Shown here: piece after piece, positions 1 to 15,000 of the stretch
How the letters are laid out: every line of letters begins with the position of its first letter
Position numbering within the stretch: position 1 is the first letter of the stretch
Source of the DNA: Lytechinus pictus
Taxonomy: Eukaryota
DNA: 64,000 nt
Assembly: GCF_037042905.1 (NCBI RefSeq)
Contig: NC_087251.1
Location: 2,978,001-3,042,000, forward strand
Direction of reading: 5' to 3'
Translations under genes and position numbers: made by a program
The notes under the pieces: generated by a model
The model's database searches: none
Seen by the model: only the letters and a program-made list of their open reading frames with translations
Told to the model about the DNA's origin: nothing

Positions 1-6
1 GTTTAG

Positions 7-3000
7 ATTCCAAAAGGAGCCGCAGCATAATGCTGGTGAGTTTTTTTTTTATTCAAAGATCTGCCATTTATCATATATTGATTGTTAAGTTTTGAATGTA
101 TAGATCTCCTGTAGTTTTGATGAAAATAACCATGTTTTTTCAGGAATACAATGTTTTCAGTTTTGTTGATGCGGACAAGTAGAAGTTATCTATTACCATG
201 CCCTACGTATTACTTGATTTCAACCATAGACATAAATTTATATGCAAACAAAAAGAGAAAATGATTTAATTCCAAATACAGTGCATGTGCTAATCCTGTC
301 AAAGCTTTTTAGTCATTAATGAAATGAATGGAAAATGAAAAAAAAAATATGAGTGCTCCTGTAGTTTGGCTAAATTGCAAGTAGAGTCTCAGAAGATCTC
401 TTCCATTTGAACAGACAATTTTGAGGGACTTTCATTTTATAATTTGTCATTTTGAAATTTGAATGGTAAACACATCAACTCTATTGTTTTATTTTGTTGA
501 TATTCATTAACTCAGAAAAGAAAGTTGCACCATTTAGTGTTCTGATGGGCACTTCATTTTAGTAAATTTGCAAGAAAAAAGTTATCTGGTATTACATGTA
601 CATGTAGGTTGAGATTATTAAAAGATCAATAGTGCAGTTTGAAAGTTGAATGGTTTCAAACGGCTTTAATGTTGCTGGTAGATGGATACACTCTAAGACA
701 AAGTAGTGCTAATTAAATGTTTAGAATATCCTATGCATGCATCAACTCACCCTTTCTGTAGTTGATATATGTATTGAAACTTAATGTTCCCATTCCAGAT
801 ATATATTTATATGCATTGTATCAGTGATGACCCTTTTCATATATATATGTACATGTATAATTTCCTTGGTAAATGCTACCTCCCCTCCTGCTTGTGATGT
901 TCCCACAAGTGTTAGTGTATTTGTCTGTAGAATAAATTGAGTAAATGTATTGCCCTGTATGTATTATTGTACATGTTTGTCTATATGTCTAACCTGACAT
1001 TAAAATTTGCTTTGCTGTACCCTGCTTGCTATAGCGTCCCATTCTACATATAACCAGGGTAAGTGCAGGAAAATGAACCAAGTCTGCACGATGCATGTGA
1101 CAAGTATCTAGCATGTTTAGAGCAAGAAATATAAGTTGTCAAATATCAATACTAATACATGATTTCCCATTACCGAGGTGCACTGTATATGAATTCATAC
1201 ACTGGCAGACCCAAGGGGGGGGGGGGCAAAGCCGGCCCGTGCCCCCCCCCCCTTTCAGAAATATGCAGGCAGCTGTAAATTTTTGAAGCAACTTAGAAAT
1301 ACACAGTTTGAATATATGAAGTTCATTTAAAACACAGATACATGTAAGTTTCATAAGTAGTAGTTTTGATTTTCGAAATTTGTATTGGTTGAAAAAGAAG
1401 TTTGAGAAGCTTTGCATTTTGTATTACAGTTAATTTTGTCACACCTCATGTTTTACTACAAATTACACTGAGAAAATTGAGACATGTTTGCCAAATAATT
1501 GTATTTTTATGCGACGGAACGATTGACTTTCAGACTACTGGCATGTATTTCACAAGATTCAAAGCATCTGTTCCAAGGCAACAAATATTAATGAGCATGT
1601 TTTCATCAACCTGTCATCCATGAAGTTTCTGTAGTTTGTGCATTATTTATAACATCTTGGAAGACTGAATACAACCCCCAGAGCATTCATAATTCATTTT
1701 ACGTTTTATATGATTTGCATTAATAGTCTTCATAAAGGTAGAGTTAAGATATCCATGAAGCTGTATAGGATTTAATTTGGTATTTTCCCTTCCATTCACA
1801 ACTCGCACATTATTGTATTTTACCCCATCTGTTTGTGATGAGTATTGCTGACAATAATTCATTTCACCATTAGAGATACCTTAGACTTTAGAAACAGAGA
1901 GGTATACTAATCATCTTGGATATGAGACACAGAGACCATCCTGAATGAAAGAAGGTTCATATTTTTGTCAGTGATGGTCATTTCATGCTTGATGAGCAGG
2001 TGTAGATAACTACCATCTGGAAATATACTACCATACTGAAATAGCCTACAACCAAGGGAGTATGAAACCTCTATATCAAGTGACTAATGAAAGCTCAAAA
2101 AATGAATTCAGAAGATAAAGAAAATACTTATAAAATAACAACTGTATAATGTCAAATAAATATTAAATATATCAATCATCAATTAGACCAATTTAAAGTT
2201 TATTAAATAAGATTTGAAGAAAAATAGTTATTGTTCCATCCATTAATTTTACCTTAAGTATATGTGTTTTCATGAAATTATTCATTCATCAATGATAACT
2301 GAAATTTCAAAATAAAAAATGTCCATGTCCAACTTAATTCATACATAATCGCATGTGCAGTGATATTCAAGGAATGTAAATGCCACTAGCCCTTTGAGGC
2401 AAGGCCAAGTTTGTAGATTAATATTGATTATTCAAGTATTCACACACACACACCCATCTACCTTGCATCCTTTCTCCCCATGGGAGAGTAAGGGCCATGA
2501 TCTCAATGCTTGACTGAACACTATACCCATGGCGTTATTCTTATTGATTTTTAAGATGCTTGATGATGAATGTAAATGTCATTACCAATACCAGCAATAG
2601 ACAATATTAAAATCATATTGTACATGTTCGTTTTGCATTTATATAGTTTCTTGGATTATTCTTGTAAAATTGAGTACTGTAAGCAACCTTGCAGGTGTTA
2701 TATTTGATATTTTTTTAAGGAAGGTTAATCCACTACTTGCAAGTTATTTAGATTTCTTTTGTGAGAAGACTTTTTTTTTGGTGCTGTGGTGGTTGGATCA
2801 AAGTTTGAGTTTTTGTCATACCAGTATGAAAATATGATTCAACTTATCTTTACACCCTTCAGTTGGTACAAAGTTCCTTTATTTTGATTTAGAAACATAC
2901 TGACATTCCTCCTTAGGTGTTTATGGACTTGAAATACAAATACATGGAAAAAAAATCATACTAGATCAGTCTAAATCAGATAAAAAAGACAATTTTGAAG

Positions 3001-6000
3001 AGAAACTTGTATTTTACAATTTTGATGAATGTGTATATTCTAAACATGTGCCTACTCTTTGGTTTTCATACTTTGTGAGTCTTTACCAGCCAAATGTTCG
3101 TTATGGAATCCTATCCTTAGCCAAAGTTGATGAATTCTCACTTGGGCATGAAAGATGTTCTTGGGTTTTGGAATATTGTTTGTTTAAAAAGCAGGTAATC
3201 ATTCCGATTGTATGGTATCCTGCATGATCCTGTGCCAATATTTGAGAGCGTGCCATTGTCACTTGCAAATTAGCTTGATAAATTATTCACTGAATATGCT
3301 AATTTGAAAAAAAAAGTTAACATGTAAATTTTAATCTGGAAATTAAACCCCACGATAAGGCTCGTTAATTGTCTCTCCATGAGAAAAAAAAAACATACAT
3401 GTTTTGTTTGGGATAGTTTCTGGATGAGAATTAGGAGCACAGTTTGAAAACTTTGGCTGATAGAAAGGGGTGGACCTCATATAGGCCTATATAGTCATAA
3501 TTGTGTTAGCCCTTTTACCGAAACCCATGACCTTTTACATTTGCAATGCCTTTGAGTATGCAATACTGTAGTCCTTCAGTTCAAGTGCATACCTTACAAT
3601 ATGAGTTTCTGTATGCAAGTGTTGCCATGCAAACTGTTACGGATAAGATGGGGAATTATCAGACTCCTGTGGAAGACTTATGAGCAGTTGGTAAAGTAAG
3701 CCTGCCATCGTATGGACTTCAAATGTGGATTTGTCCCCCCAAAAGTAACAGCCCCCCCCAAAAAAAAAAAGGCTTATCAGTCCAAAATGGAGATAGTTTT
3801 GTCTCCCCCCAAAAAAAAAAACTTGACTAGCATAAAGAGAGAGAGAGAAAGAAAAAAAGTTTATCACTCCTAAATTAATGTACTTTAAGGGGTGTGCCAT
3901 TTTACAGGATGCTCTGGGCTTCCTGCACCTTCTGACCCACCCTTGATCCTCACCTGGACTTGTGACCAAACAGAAAAAAAGAAACAAAGAGAACATTGTG
4001 CAACTAAAAGAATGAATACTTAAAATCTCAAGTCTGTTATAATTTCTTTGTGCTGCACTGCACAATTTAAGTTAAATGAGAAATGATAATGAATGATTAT
4101 AAAACATAAGATTTATATAGCTTACTTTCTATCTTATTCAGATGCTCAACATGCTGCAGTGAAAATTATGATGTAATACATTACAGATTCTAAAAATTTA
4201 TGAAATAAAATTTTGATGTCTGTCAAAAAGCATTCTTATACAGGTACATGTACATTGTATTTCTATCAATTGGTACTTGTGATATACAAACTAATATGTG
4301 AAATATTATGAGCATAAAGCATATATTGAACACAAACACTGAACATTTTATTATTTTATATCAGTCACAATGTGTTGTATATGTAATGCACATTTTGTAG
4401 ATATATAAGTTTCTCGTAGCAAAACACATATTCACCGCCTCACCTAAAATGATGATTTTTATGACAGATGCAAGTAGATTATTTGTACACAAAGATTTTC
4501 TAATCTAATAATTTTGTTAGAAATACAGAGATTCTTTATAAATAAGAATTGTTTTAATGTAGTGATAGTGCATTGTCCAGAAACACGTACCTTGGTGTAT
4601 GCTAAAAAACAGAATGCATGTAACGTAATATATATACATTGCTTTGGATTTGTGCTCGATAAAAGCACAAATCAAAAAATATTTGTGCCCCATATCAGGT
4701 ATTTGTGCATTTTGTCAAGTCATGTCAGTCATGTTTTCATTTTTGTTTTGTACTAAACCATGTTGTCCTAATAGATGTCCACTACATTTACATTTTTGTT
4801 AATGAAACAGTGATCATTTAAAAAATATATGCATCAAAATATCTATCTCCATTGCATGATCATGAATCTGTATACAGTGTGTAAAAGACCTACAATGTTC
4901 TGCATATATAAAAAATTACTATTCTGTATTTCTGATTTCAGTATTTATTTCAGGTCTTGTAATTGCAGATTTGATGGGGGGAAACATGGATTTATCTATG
5001 CATTACATTGCACTTCATTCATTCAATACTATCAATCTTAAGCTGCCATTTTGATTAATTTTAAAAAGGAATTTTAGATTAAAAAGAAAAAGTTCAGATC
5101 TTCTCCTTGAAAAATGTGTACATGTAATAGATGTGTACAAAAAAACGTCTGCTTCACAAGCTTCATAATGCTCATATTTTAACTTGTAAGTTTTTGTTTA
5201 TATACATAGAGGAAGGCTACGTTCGCATCTACCTAAGAGGACGCCCTGTAACCAACTATCTTCCATCAGACGTTGAGGATTATGATATCAATGCCAAGCA
5301 CCCTGCACCAACTGAGAAACTCAAACTTGACTGGGTGTATCCTTTCATTAATTACGTAAAATGTCTTTAAGATTTGTATGGCATTTAAGTTTAGTTTTCA
5401 CATGAGGTATTTATTATCTTGAATAACCTATCTACCTTGTAAAGCTATGATGCCTAGATTTAGAAACCAAGTTGTGAACAGTTTGATCTGTGTTGCAAAA
5501 TAAAGATAGCTTGCTACAATGCTACATAGAAACAGCGCATTACTTACTAATAGAGAGTACTATGGGACTACCACAGAGTAAAATTAATCAGGAGACATCC
5601 AACATTTTGTTCATTATGTATTCAAACATGAATCACTTTGGTATACAATAATAGAAATGTAACGTTAAAAAACCCTATATTTAAAGTAGGCAGAGTGGCA
5701 AACCAAAAATATAGAACAAAATGAATCCCAAGGATAGCTTTGTTTGACAAGATAACAGTAGTTGGGTACTTAAAATCAGTCTATGTCATGTTATTAAGGC
5801 AACCATGTTTCAATCATGAAATGAGTAGCAATCCACCAGCCTGTGAAAGAGAGAACACTTTTCATGGTGTGTGAACTGCAAATAAAAGTTAATGTAAGTT
5901 TGTTAGTGTGACATCAAATTCTCTTCATGGATCTCAGAGGGGCACGTATCATTCAAAAGGTGGTGGTAAAACTGGAATAGATGCATCATACATGAATGCA

Positions 6001-9000
6001 TTTATGCAATTGGAACTAAATGAGCCATGATATTCCAAAGGACTTGGTTGAAGCTTTGTCCTGAATAGAATTGTATTTAGGTCTAAGAACTAATCGGTAT
6101 GGGGCATTAGTCTTGTCTATCAGTGACTCATACATTGCTTTTGTCACTTAACCTTGATGAGGAAGACAGACAATTACGCACCTCTGAAGCTGAATTACAA
6201 TTTTTGAAAATCCACCATGGATCCTAGAATGCAATCATTCTATATTCTTTTCAAAGTACCTCTGTCTCTGAAAGTCATAATTGATAATACTCCATTGTCG
6301 ATCTTCACATATGTACATTTCTATAAAGAAATCAAGATGGGATATGTCAAGTTGAGCATAATTTAGGCATGTGGGGGGGTGTACTTAGTATAAATATATG
6401 ATATGTATTTGCTGCGGCTGAGACCCCCATTTTCAGCCTACTTTTTTTTCCTTTTCCATTGACCCTCAAATTAGTGATTTCTCGTTCCAATGCATGCCCA
6501 TCATGAACTACTCAGCTGGAGTGGCAAGCTCGATCGGCGCAGAGCCATTGCACCTGGCCGCCGAAGCTCCCCGTGCTCGCAGCTAGCTTGCATAGCCCAA
6601 TATGAATCTAGCAAGAAGCACGCATGATTTTTTACGTAGCTGCTACCATGCTATGCCTACTATCTAATGAGTTCCGAAGACCCCTGTTTGATGGTCAGTT
6701 CCAGAGCATTTTTTAGCAATCGTTGATCCAAGAGCCATTTCGGAGACCCCTGTTTTAAGATCAAGATTTCTTTCCAAAGTCCCCGGACCCCCGACTTTGG
6801 CGCGGCACATAGGTATCATGTTATAATCACTCCCCTGAGAATTTAGGATGGGAAGATGACTTGCAGAGTATTGTAAAGGCAGTCAGATAATCAAAATTAT
6901 CATTTTTTCAAACACAGTATTGTTCATCTGACAATGCTAATATGGTAGTTAATGATCCACAAGGAATTAGTAATTTCCTTGTGGCATTGAATGTGTTAAT
7001 CTAGAACCTCCTGCTAATCTGGCTTCCAGACATTATTACAGGTCAGTTTAGAGGCTGAGAATCTTACATCGTAGATTACTTCATGGAGTGATGATGAATG
7101 AATAACTCATTCCTTATGAGTTGCATTATTTGTATCTTGGGACAAAGTAAAGTCTTTTGATTTTGATCAGCATAAATGTTCACATTTAAAGAAAATCCCA
7201 AACATTATTTGTCAATCTTCAGTCGAAACCCATGTATATAATTTAAACTCCCATCTAATTGTTGACATTAAAGAAAAATCCCAAACATTATTAGTTTGTC
7301 AATCTTCATTCGAAACCCATGTATATAATTCAAACTCCCATTTCCCATCTTATTGTTGGCACAGGTTGGTGTTTAAATGTATGTTTACTTGTCATTCAAG
7401 TGAAAATACAGATATAAAACCCATGTCAGAACTTGCAAGGGTTGCTTTCTTTTTGTTAAAAAAAGATGACAGGAATATTTTGATAATAGGTCTAGTAATC
7501 CTCAAGTATGACTCCATAGAATGCTATTGATATTACCATTGATGAAATGATAGGATGTGGTGTTCATTAAAGTTATAACAGGGTGTTCTGCTTTAATTAG
7601 TCACATTTTTCATAAAGTATAATATAATTCTGAGGTATGATTACCGAAGTCTATTGATAATGATATTTTTTTCCAATTTCAAATAAAGTATATGTGCAAA
7701 TGACAGGTTCCTTTTCTTACTGAGTGTGACCCTTCAAATGTAGAAAGAGGCTTCAGCAGCACACACTCAGCTGACAGTACCCCTTTTCATCCTTGGATAA
7801 ATCATGGACCTACTAGGATTAAACAATCCATTATGGTCCTTGATTACTACATTCAGATTCCTGTTGAGTTGCTGCAAGAAGGTCATAGGTGCTGTGTAAA
7901 TCAATTGCAGTAAGAACCTTCTTGCTGAACCTGATATTATCATAATGTTATATTCAAATTATTATATTGAATTAAGATAAGATGTGCTATTGGACAGCAG
8001 TAGATTAACCTTGGGAGCATATGGCGACTACTGGTAGTCTACCCTGTCTTCTTGTTCAAAGGTGTACATTGTACATGTATGGGAGTACAAAATATATTAT
8101 GTAATGTCATGATGTTACATATATCTTCAGACAACTTAGATCCAATTTGCCCAAGAATTATTCCTACTGGGTGGATAAGAAAATTCTGTGAATGGCTTTT
8201 TTAAGCTGGAATTTAGCTAAGTGAATAATTCCTTTTCACATGGTATTAGTTTAAATGTAACAGTCTCTCAAGTGACTTAAGGTACATGTACTCTTGTGGA
8301 GGAAGTATGATTGAACATTCATATAAATTGTAATTTAACTCTTGAAACTTTATAGCTTTCTTTTGGAACATATAGGCCTAGGCCATAACTAAGTGCAAGA
8401 ATTTTGTAGGAGAAATAAAATCTAGATTCTGTATGTGCTTCATATGAAAGGGTTTAATCTTTCAAAGCTGTTTTACTTTTCTGTTTCTATTTAAGTGACA
8501 AAATGATCAATGTTTGCGGTTATGATCACAGTGATTATGATGATAAAATCACCCTTTATGAAGTGTACATTTTCTTTACAAATAATTTCATTTCACAAGA
8601 TAACACCACTTCCAATGTTCACTGCATTGTCCAAACTGTCCAATCTAAATCCAATACATGGCGGAATCCTTGACATGTAGATTGCTTCCACTCGGGTTGC
8701 AAGCCTATTCCCAATTTTCAATTACTGCATGAGGAATACATAAATAACCCTTCCATGTCTGTACCAGCTTAGGGTCAGCGCAACACATTAACATAATCCA
8801 CCATACTTGATTACTTTGACAACTCACATCCAGTACTGGTCTATTGGAGAATACAAAGCTATCATGAATATCATATGACCAGCTGAGGCAATCCAATTTA
8901 ATCAACTCAAATGATTCTGTGCTTGAAATGTTCTTTCAAAGGAGAATTGCTTATCCAAGCATTTATACGTTGGCATTGATCATGAGGGAAACTATGCAAA

Positions 9001-12000
9001 TGAACTGAAATATATGTGAGACTTTGAGGACCAGTAATAAATAAAATGACTGTGCAAAACTAAAAATCAAATTTTATTTCATTTATTTAGGGAGAGGGTT
9101 GTTGAACCATTGTTCTTTTCCAAACTTAAATGTGTTGGAGTTTTATTCTTGATGCAATCTAGAGATAATACTAGAATACCTTCTATTGCTTTGGAATCTG
9201 CCAGAGTACTAGCTAGGAAGCAGTCATGCATTGTTGTATATGGAGGATTAAATGTTGCCTATAGTTATTAGGTGGGATTGAAGAAGATGAAAATGGAGAT
9301 AGATAGCCTTGACTAAGCCACTGGGATTAAAGGGGAGATTATTGCTTGACATCCCAGGCATTTGGTATAATCTCATGTGATTTATGGAGTATGGAGTATT
9401 TATTATCAAAGCTTTGATTTATTATTTGTACAACAAAAATGAAGGATTAATGACAATATTTGGGATTGCCTGTTCTTCTTAGAATGGTGTTAAAATCTAT
9501 GCATTTAGAAAGATTCAATATTGTTTTTTTTTTAATCTTGTATTTATAGAGTTCATAATCATTTAAAATGTTAGAACAAAAGCTCTGTGAATACTGAACA
9601 TTTATATTTATAATGTTACTAGAACGTGTTCTATATTCTGATTTGTCACAAGTGGAATAGATATTCCTTATTCCTTCATATTAAAAAAAGAAAGACAGGA
9701 TACCGTTCTCACTACCTTCCTAAAACTAGTTTAGTGGAAACTAGTTTAACGTGTAATGAGAACGGTCGAAGTGATCTTCCAAACCAGTTCATAAAACCAC
9801 CTTGCGATGTAGTTTTAAAGATCGCTTTGCCTCGTTAAACTAGACTCAGCGAAAGTGAGGACACAACCGTTCTTCGGGAAGCGATCTTCGCACATTTTGA
9901 GCACGCTACTCCACACCCTGTGTGTAGATTGCCTACGCTGCGGTTTTTAATTTCGCGAAATGTGGCACCCCACTGAGAGTGTTCCCATAGCAACAAGATT
10001 GCTCTACATGAAGTGATTTTGAAAACCACTTTTGTGTGATCAAATGGGAACGCTAGCAAAGCAATCTTCCAGACTGGTTTCCTGAACCGGTTTCCAGTAA
10101 ACTAGTTTCAGAAAGCATAATGAGAACGGTGTCTATGACACTGGAATAGAATCTGTGTAGACGATAATGAATTCCATTCTTAATTGTTACACACCTTGAC
10201 TTAAAATTCTTAAGATATGGGTACCGTGGTCGAGACTGCCGTTGTAATCTCTACCTCCTTCCGACTGGTGAGATCGTCTACTTCATGGCAGCGGTTGTCA
10301 TCCTCTATAATGTAGAAGAACAGAATCAAAGGCACTACATGGGTCATAATGATGATGTCAAAAGGTTAGTTCAATTAGTTACTTGATTATAAACTACATA
10401 TATTTATTGTAGATATATACAAAATGCAGTATTGAGAAAATATGTGAAACAAATCAACTGTTTATCATCCTCTTTAATTCACTGATTCTTATGAAAGGAA
10501 AATTTCAAACTATTTTCTTCAATGAGTTACCTACCATGATCAAACTGCCGAGCTCCCATATATCCTCCCATAATGGTAATAATAACTGAAGTGTAAACTC
10601 CGAAGTCACGCTTGGTTACCTCATATTTGTATGTGGAGCTTAGTAAAGACTTCTTTTAATATGAAACCTACAATGAGCTTATCCTGCATTCCTTTCATTT
10701 TGTTTGTTATTCACTTCATTAATATCCCGCTTTGCTATATAGTTCATAAACCAATGAACAATAGAATATATTCACATCATTTACTCATTTATTTTTGTAC
10801 TGGTTTTAAATACAAAGAAGATTTTGAAAATAATATTAAACAAAAAACTAAAAAAACAAATATTATGCATGACCCTTATTGTTAGTATATATTTGTATAA
10901 TGTATTTCAGTTTAAATGAAAAAAAAATTAATATTTTATTGTAGGCTCTTAATGCTGTGATTTTGTAAAAACAACTTTTCAGAAAATAATTTCAATTTCG
11001 ACTAAACTAAATCATCCCCCATGTTTGATTCAGAACTGATGTTTCATATCATTTGCTTGAAATTACACCATATTCAATATTTGAATACCTTATCATAGTT
11101 AAGGTGCTATCCATGGCTAAACTTGCAAATATTGAGAAGATATTTTTTTCATTAGATACAAGATCTCTGATGGCTAAAAAGTCCAATTCTTGAGAGATAT
11201 ATTCTCCCACATCTAGGACATGTGTAGTCTTGATATCTAAAAGCATCTTGATTTTGGGCGTTGGCTTTTTCATTTTTCAACTCCTTTTTCAAGGTCAGCA
11301 TTGCGTCTTTCTTCAAAAGAAGTTGCTGCCTTCTTGATGCATTGTCTCCATGCATTCTGGGTTTTTTTTGTGTGCATGTCTTGCATGTCTTGGTATCCTT
11401 GTTTTTGAGGTTCACCAACAAAGAGAATCCGAACAGTATCACGTCCATCTGATCTGGTCAGTGGAGGAAGAGTAGCCTCAGATGCAGTCCATTCATAGTA
11501 CTCATTGTAGATAACAAGAAAAATAGATAAAACTAGAACTGCAATCGTTTCAGAACGATGTGCATGCATTGACGCGTCTGATTGAAAGGTCAAGTCGACC
11601 TCAGAAAAATGTTGATTTGAATCAATAGGGAAGAATCCGACAAGCACAATGCTGAAAATTTCATCAAAATCGGATTTAAAATAAGAAAGTTATGACATTT
11701 AAAAGTTTCGCTTGTTTTTAACAAAATAGTTATATGAACGAGCCAGTTACATCCAAATGAGAGAGATGATGATGTCACTCACTCAAAATGGTGCATGCAC
11801 TGTCATGCATGAATGATTTTAGAAAATGGAATAAGAGGTACACAATAATGCATCATGGACAACCTGTCTACCAAATCGGAATGAATTTGGATGAGGAGCA
11901 GAGGCAGGGGAGGACTAACAAAAATTACATGTTAATCAAAGTGGATTTTGGTACATTTTGCCCTCCATAGGAAGTTACATTCTCGAGTCAAACAGATTTC

Positions 12001-15000
12001 GTCCATTTTTAGACCATATGGCCGCACAACAAAGAGAGAGAAGGGAGAGAAAGACAGAGAGAGAGTGATATGAATAAGCATACAAATTTCCCTGACAGTT
12101 CATTAACGTAACCTATTTGTAAAGTACGTATCAGAACGATGTGCATGCATATTACGTTATGCCATAGACATTGTGTACATTTCTGTTGTTGATAATGTGT
12201 GCATTGTAAACAGTATACCATGTGTTCAGATTGATTTATCTTGAAATTTTCTGTTGTAACCTATGTCGTATTTGGTATCAGTAAAAAGAGCATTCCAATG
12301 CGGTGACATTGATACCACTTTTATTTGTGCGCAGGCAATAGACCGGAAGTAAATACCATATAAAGAAAGACATTAAAAATGACAGTTTTTCACAATATTT
12401 TCAAGCTGACGTGAGCTCTATGTCAGTTTCTGTCACAAAAGGTTAACGAACGGTTAAAGTATATATCAATACTCATTTATGCCAAGTTAGAAAGGATAAG
12501 CTTCAATAATAAGGAAATAAGAGCAAGTTGAAGTTGTGCTGGCATTATAGTGCATTTTTGCGTATTTTGCTGATTTTCGGGAGCATTTTTCAGATATTTT
12601 GTCAGTGGTAAGGTATATATTGTTCTAAATGGCATGAAAGGGCATAACTTGAAGACCCTAAATCTAAAAAAGGGTACGGGTTTGGCCATGCATGACGCAA
12701 TGAGGAGCATTCAAAGGTAAGCGTTTTTGAAACTTTAGAGGGCGCTATTTCAATACCGGAAGGTCAATGATGCGTGAAAACTGACTCGTAAGTACAATAT
12801 GTTGCCAGTATTAATTCCTGAAAATATTAGCTCGAACTGAATTAAAAAAAAGAAAGTTATGGCCATTTTACGATTTTCCCTGACAGTTCATTAACGTAAC
12901 TCACTGTAAAGTACGTATCAGAACGATGTGCATGCATAATACGTTATGCCATAGACATTGTATACAATTAGTTATTGATAATGTGTGCATTGTGAAGAGT
13001 ATACCATGTGTTCAGATTGACTTATCTTGAAATTTTCTGTTGTAACCTATGTCGTATTTGGTATCACTGGAAAGAACCTTCCAATGCGGTGACATTGATA
13101 CCACTTTTATTTGTGCGCAAGCAATAGACCGGAAGTAAATGCCATATAAAGAAAGACATTAAAAATGACAGTTTTTCACAATAATTTTGAGCTGACGTGA
13201 GCTCTATGTCAGTTTCTGTCACAAAAGGTTGACGAAAGGTTAAAGTATATATCAATACTCATATCTGCCAAATTAGAAAGGATAAGCTTCAATAATAAGG
13301 AAATAAGAGCAAGTTGAAGTTGTGCTGGCATTATAGTGCATTTTTGCGTATTTTGCTGATTTTTAGGAGCATTTTTCTGATATTTCGTCAGTGGTAAGGT
13401 ATATATTTTTCTAAATTGCATGAAAGGGCATATCTTGAAGACCCTAAATCTAAAAAAGGGTACGGGTTTGGCCATGCATGACGCAATGAGGAGCATTCAA
13501 AGGTAAGCGTTTTTGAAACTTTAGAGGGCGCTATTTCAATACCGGAAGGTCAATGATGCGTGAAAACTGACTCGTGGGTATAATATGTTGCCAGTATTAA
13601 TTCCTAAAAATATTGGCTTGAATTGAATAAAAACAAGAAAGTTATGGCCATTTTACGATTTTTTGACTTTACATTTCAATAAATATCAAGTTTTTGAAGG
13701 AAGGCTATTTCGGATTTGAATTTAGGGTATGAAGATGGCATTTTTAAGGTCTGGTTATACGTCGCAAATGATGGAGCAACTCTTTGACTATCTATAGCAA
13801 CTTGTTAGAAGTCTGTAGCATGCAGGATGCGGGAGTTAGGACGAGATTAGTAATGGTATGCAAATGGACTTGAAATTTACAAAATGGCGCCTTGATGGTC
13901 ATGCATGATTGATTTTGGAAAATGGAAGACGAGGTACACAACTAGGGATGCTGGACAACATGTCTACAAAGTTTGGATGAATTTGGATGAGGGACGGAGC
14001 CAGGGTAGAGCTAACAAAAACCATGTGTTAAACAAATGGGATTTTGTGGAAGAAGCAGAAGAAGAAGACGACGGAATAGGAATACGGAACAAGAACAATG
14101 CATTGTCGCCAGTGGGCGTCAATGCAACTAGAACTGCAATCGTTTCCGAACGATGTGCATGCATTGACGCGTCTGATTGAAAGGTTAAGTCCACCTCAGA
14201 AAAATCTTGATTGGAATCAATAGGGAAAAATCAGACAAGCACAATGCTGAAAATTTCATCAAAATCGGACGTAAAATAAGAAAGTTATGACATTTCAAAG
14301 TTTCGCTTATTTTTAACAAAATAGTTATATGAACGAGCCAGTTACATCCAAATGAGAGAGATGATGATGTCACTCACTCAAAATGGCGCATGCACTGTCA
14401 TGCATGAATGATTTAAGAAAATGAAATAAGAGGTACACAATAATGCATCATGGACAACATGTCTACCAAATCGGAATGAATTTGGATGAGGAGCGGAGGC
14501 AGGGGAGGACTAACAAAAATTACATGTTAATTAAAGTGGATTTTGGTACATTGTGCCCTCCATAGGAAGTAACATTCTCGAGTCAAACAGATTTCGTCCA
14601 TTTTCAAACCATTGGCCGCTCAACAGAGATAGACGCATGTCTACTAAATCGGAATGAATTTGGATGAGGAACGGAGGCAGGGGAGGACTAACAAAAATTA
14701 CATGTTAATCAAATTGGATTTTGGCAGATTTTGCACTCCATAGGAAGCTACATTCTCGAGTCAACCATTTTAGACCACATTGCACCCCATAGGTTAAGTT
14801 CGTTTTTGCGTGAAACCGATCCCATAGACATTGTGTACAATTCTGTTGTTGATAATGTGTGCATTGTGAGCAGTATACCATGTGTTCAGGTTGATTTATC
14901 TTGACATTTTCTGTTGTAACCTATGTCGTATTTGGTATCACTGGAAAGAGCATTCCAATGCAGTGACATTGATACCACTTTTTTTTGTGCGCAGGCAATA

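Noticed and set aside
7837..7885. Alternative U12-type acceptor (TCCTTGAT...CAG) and cryptic exon in the minor intron
   Set aside because: The branch-like motif is well spaced, but downstream donors are weak and the peptide has no EML similarity. Not supportable without RNA data.
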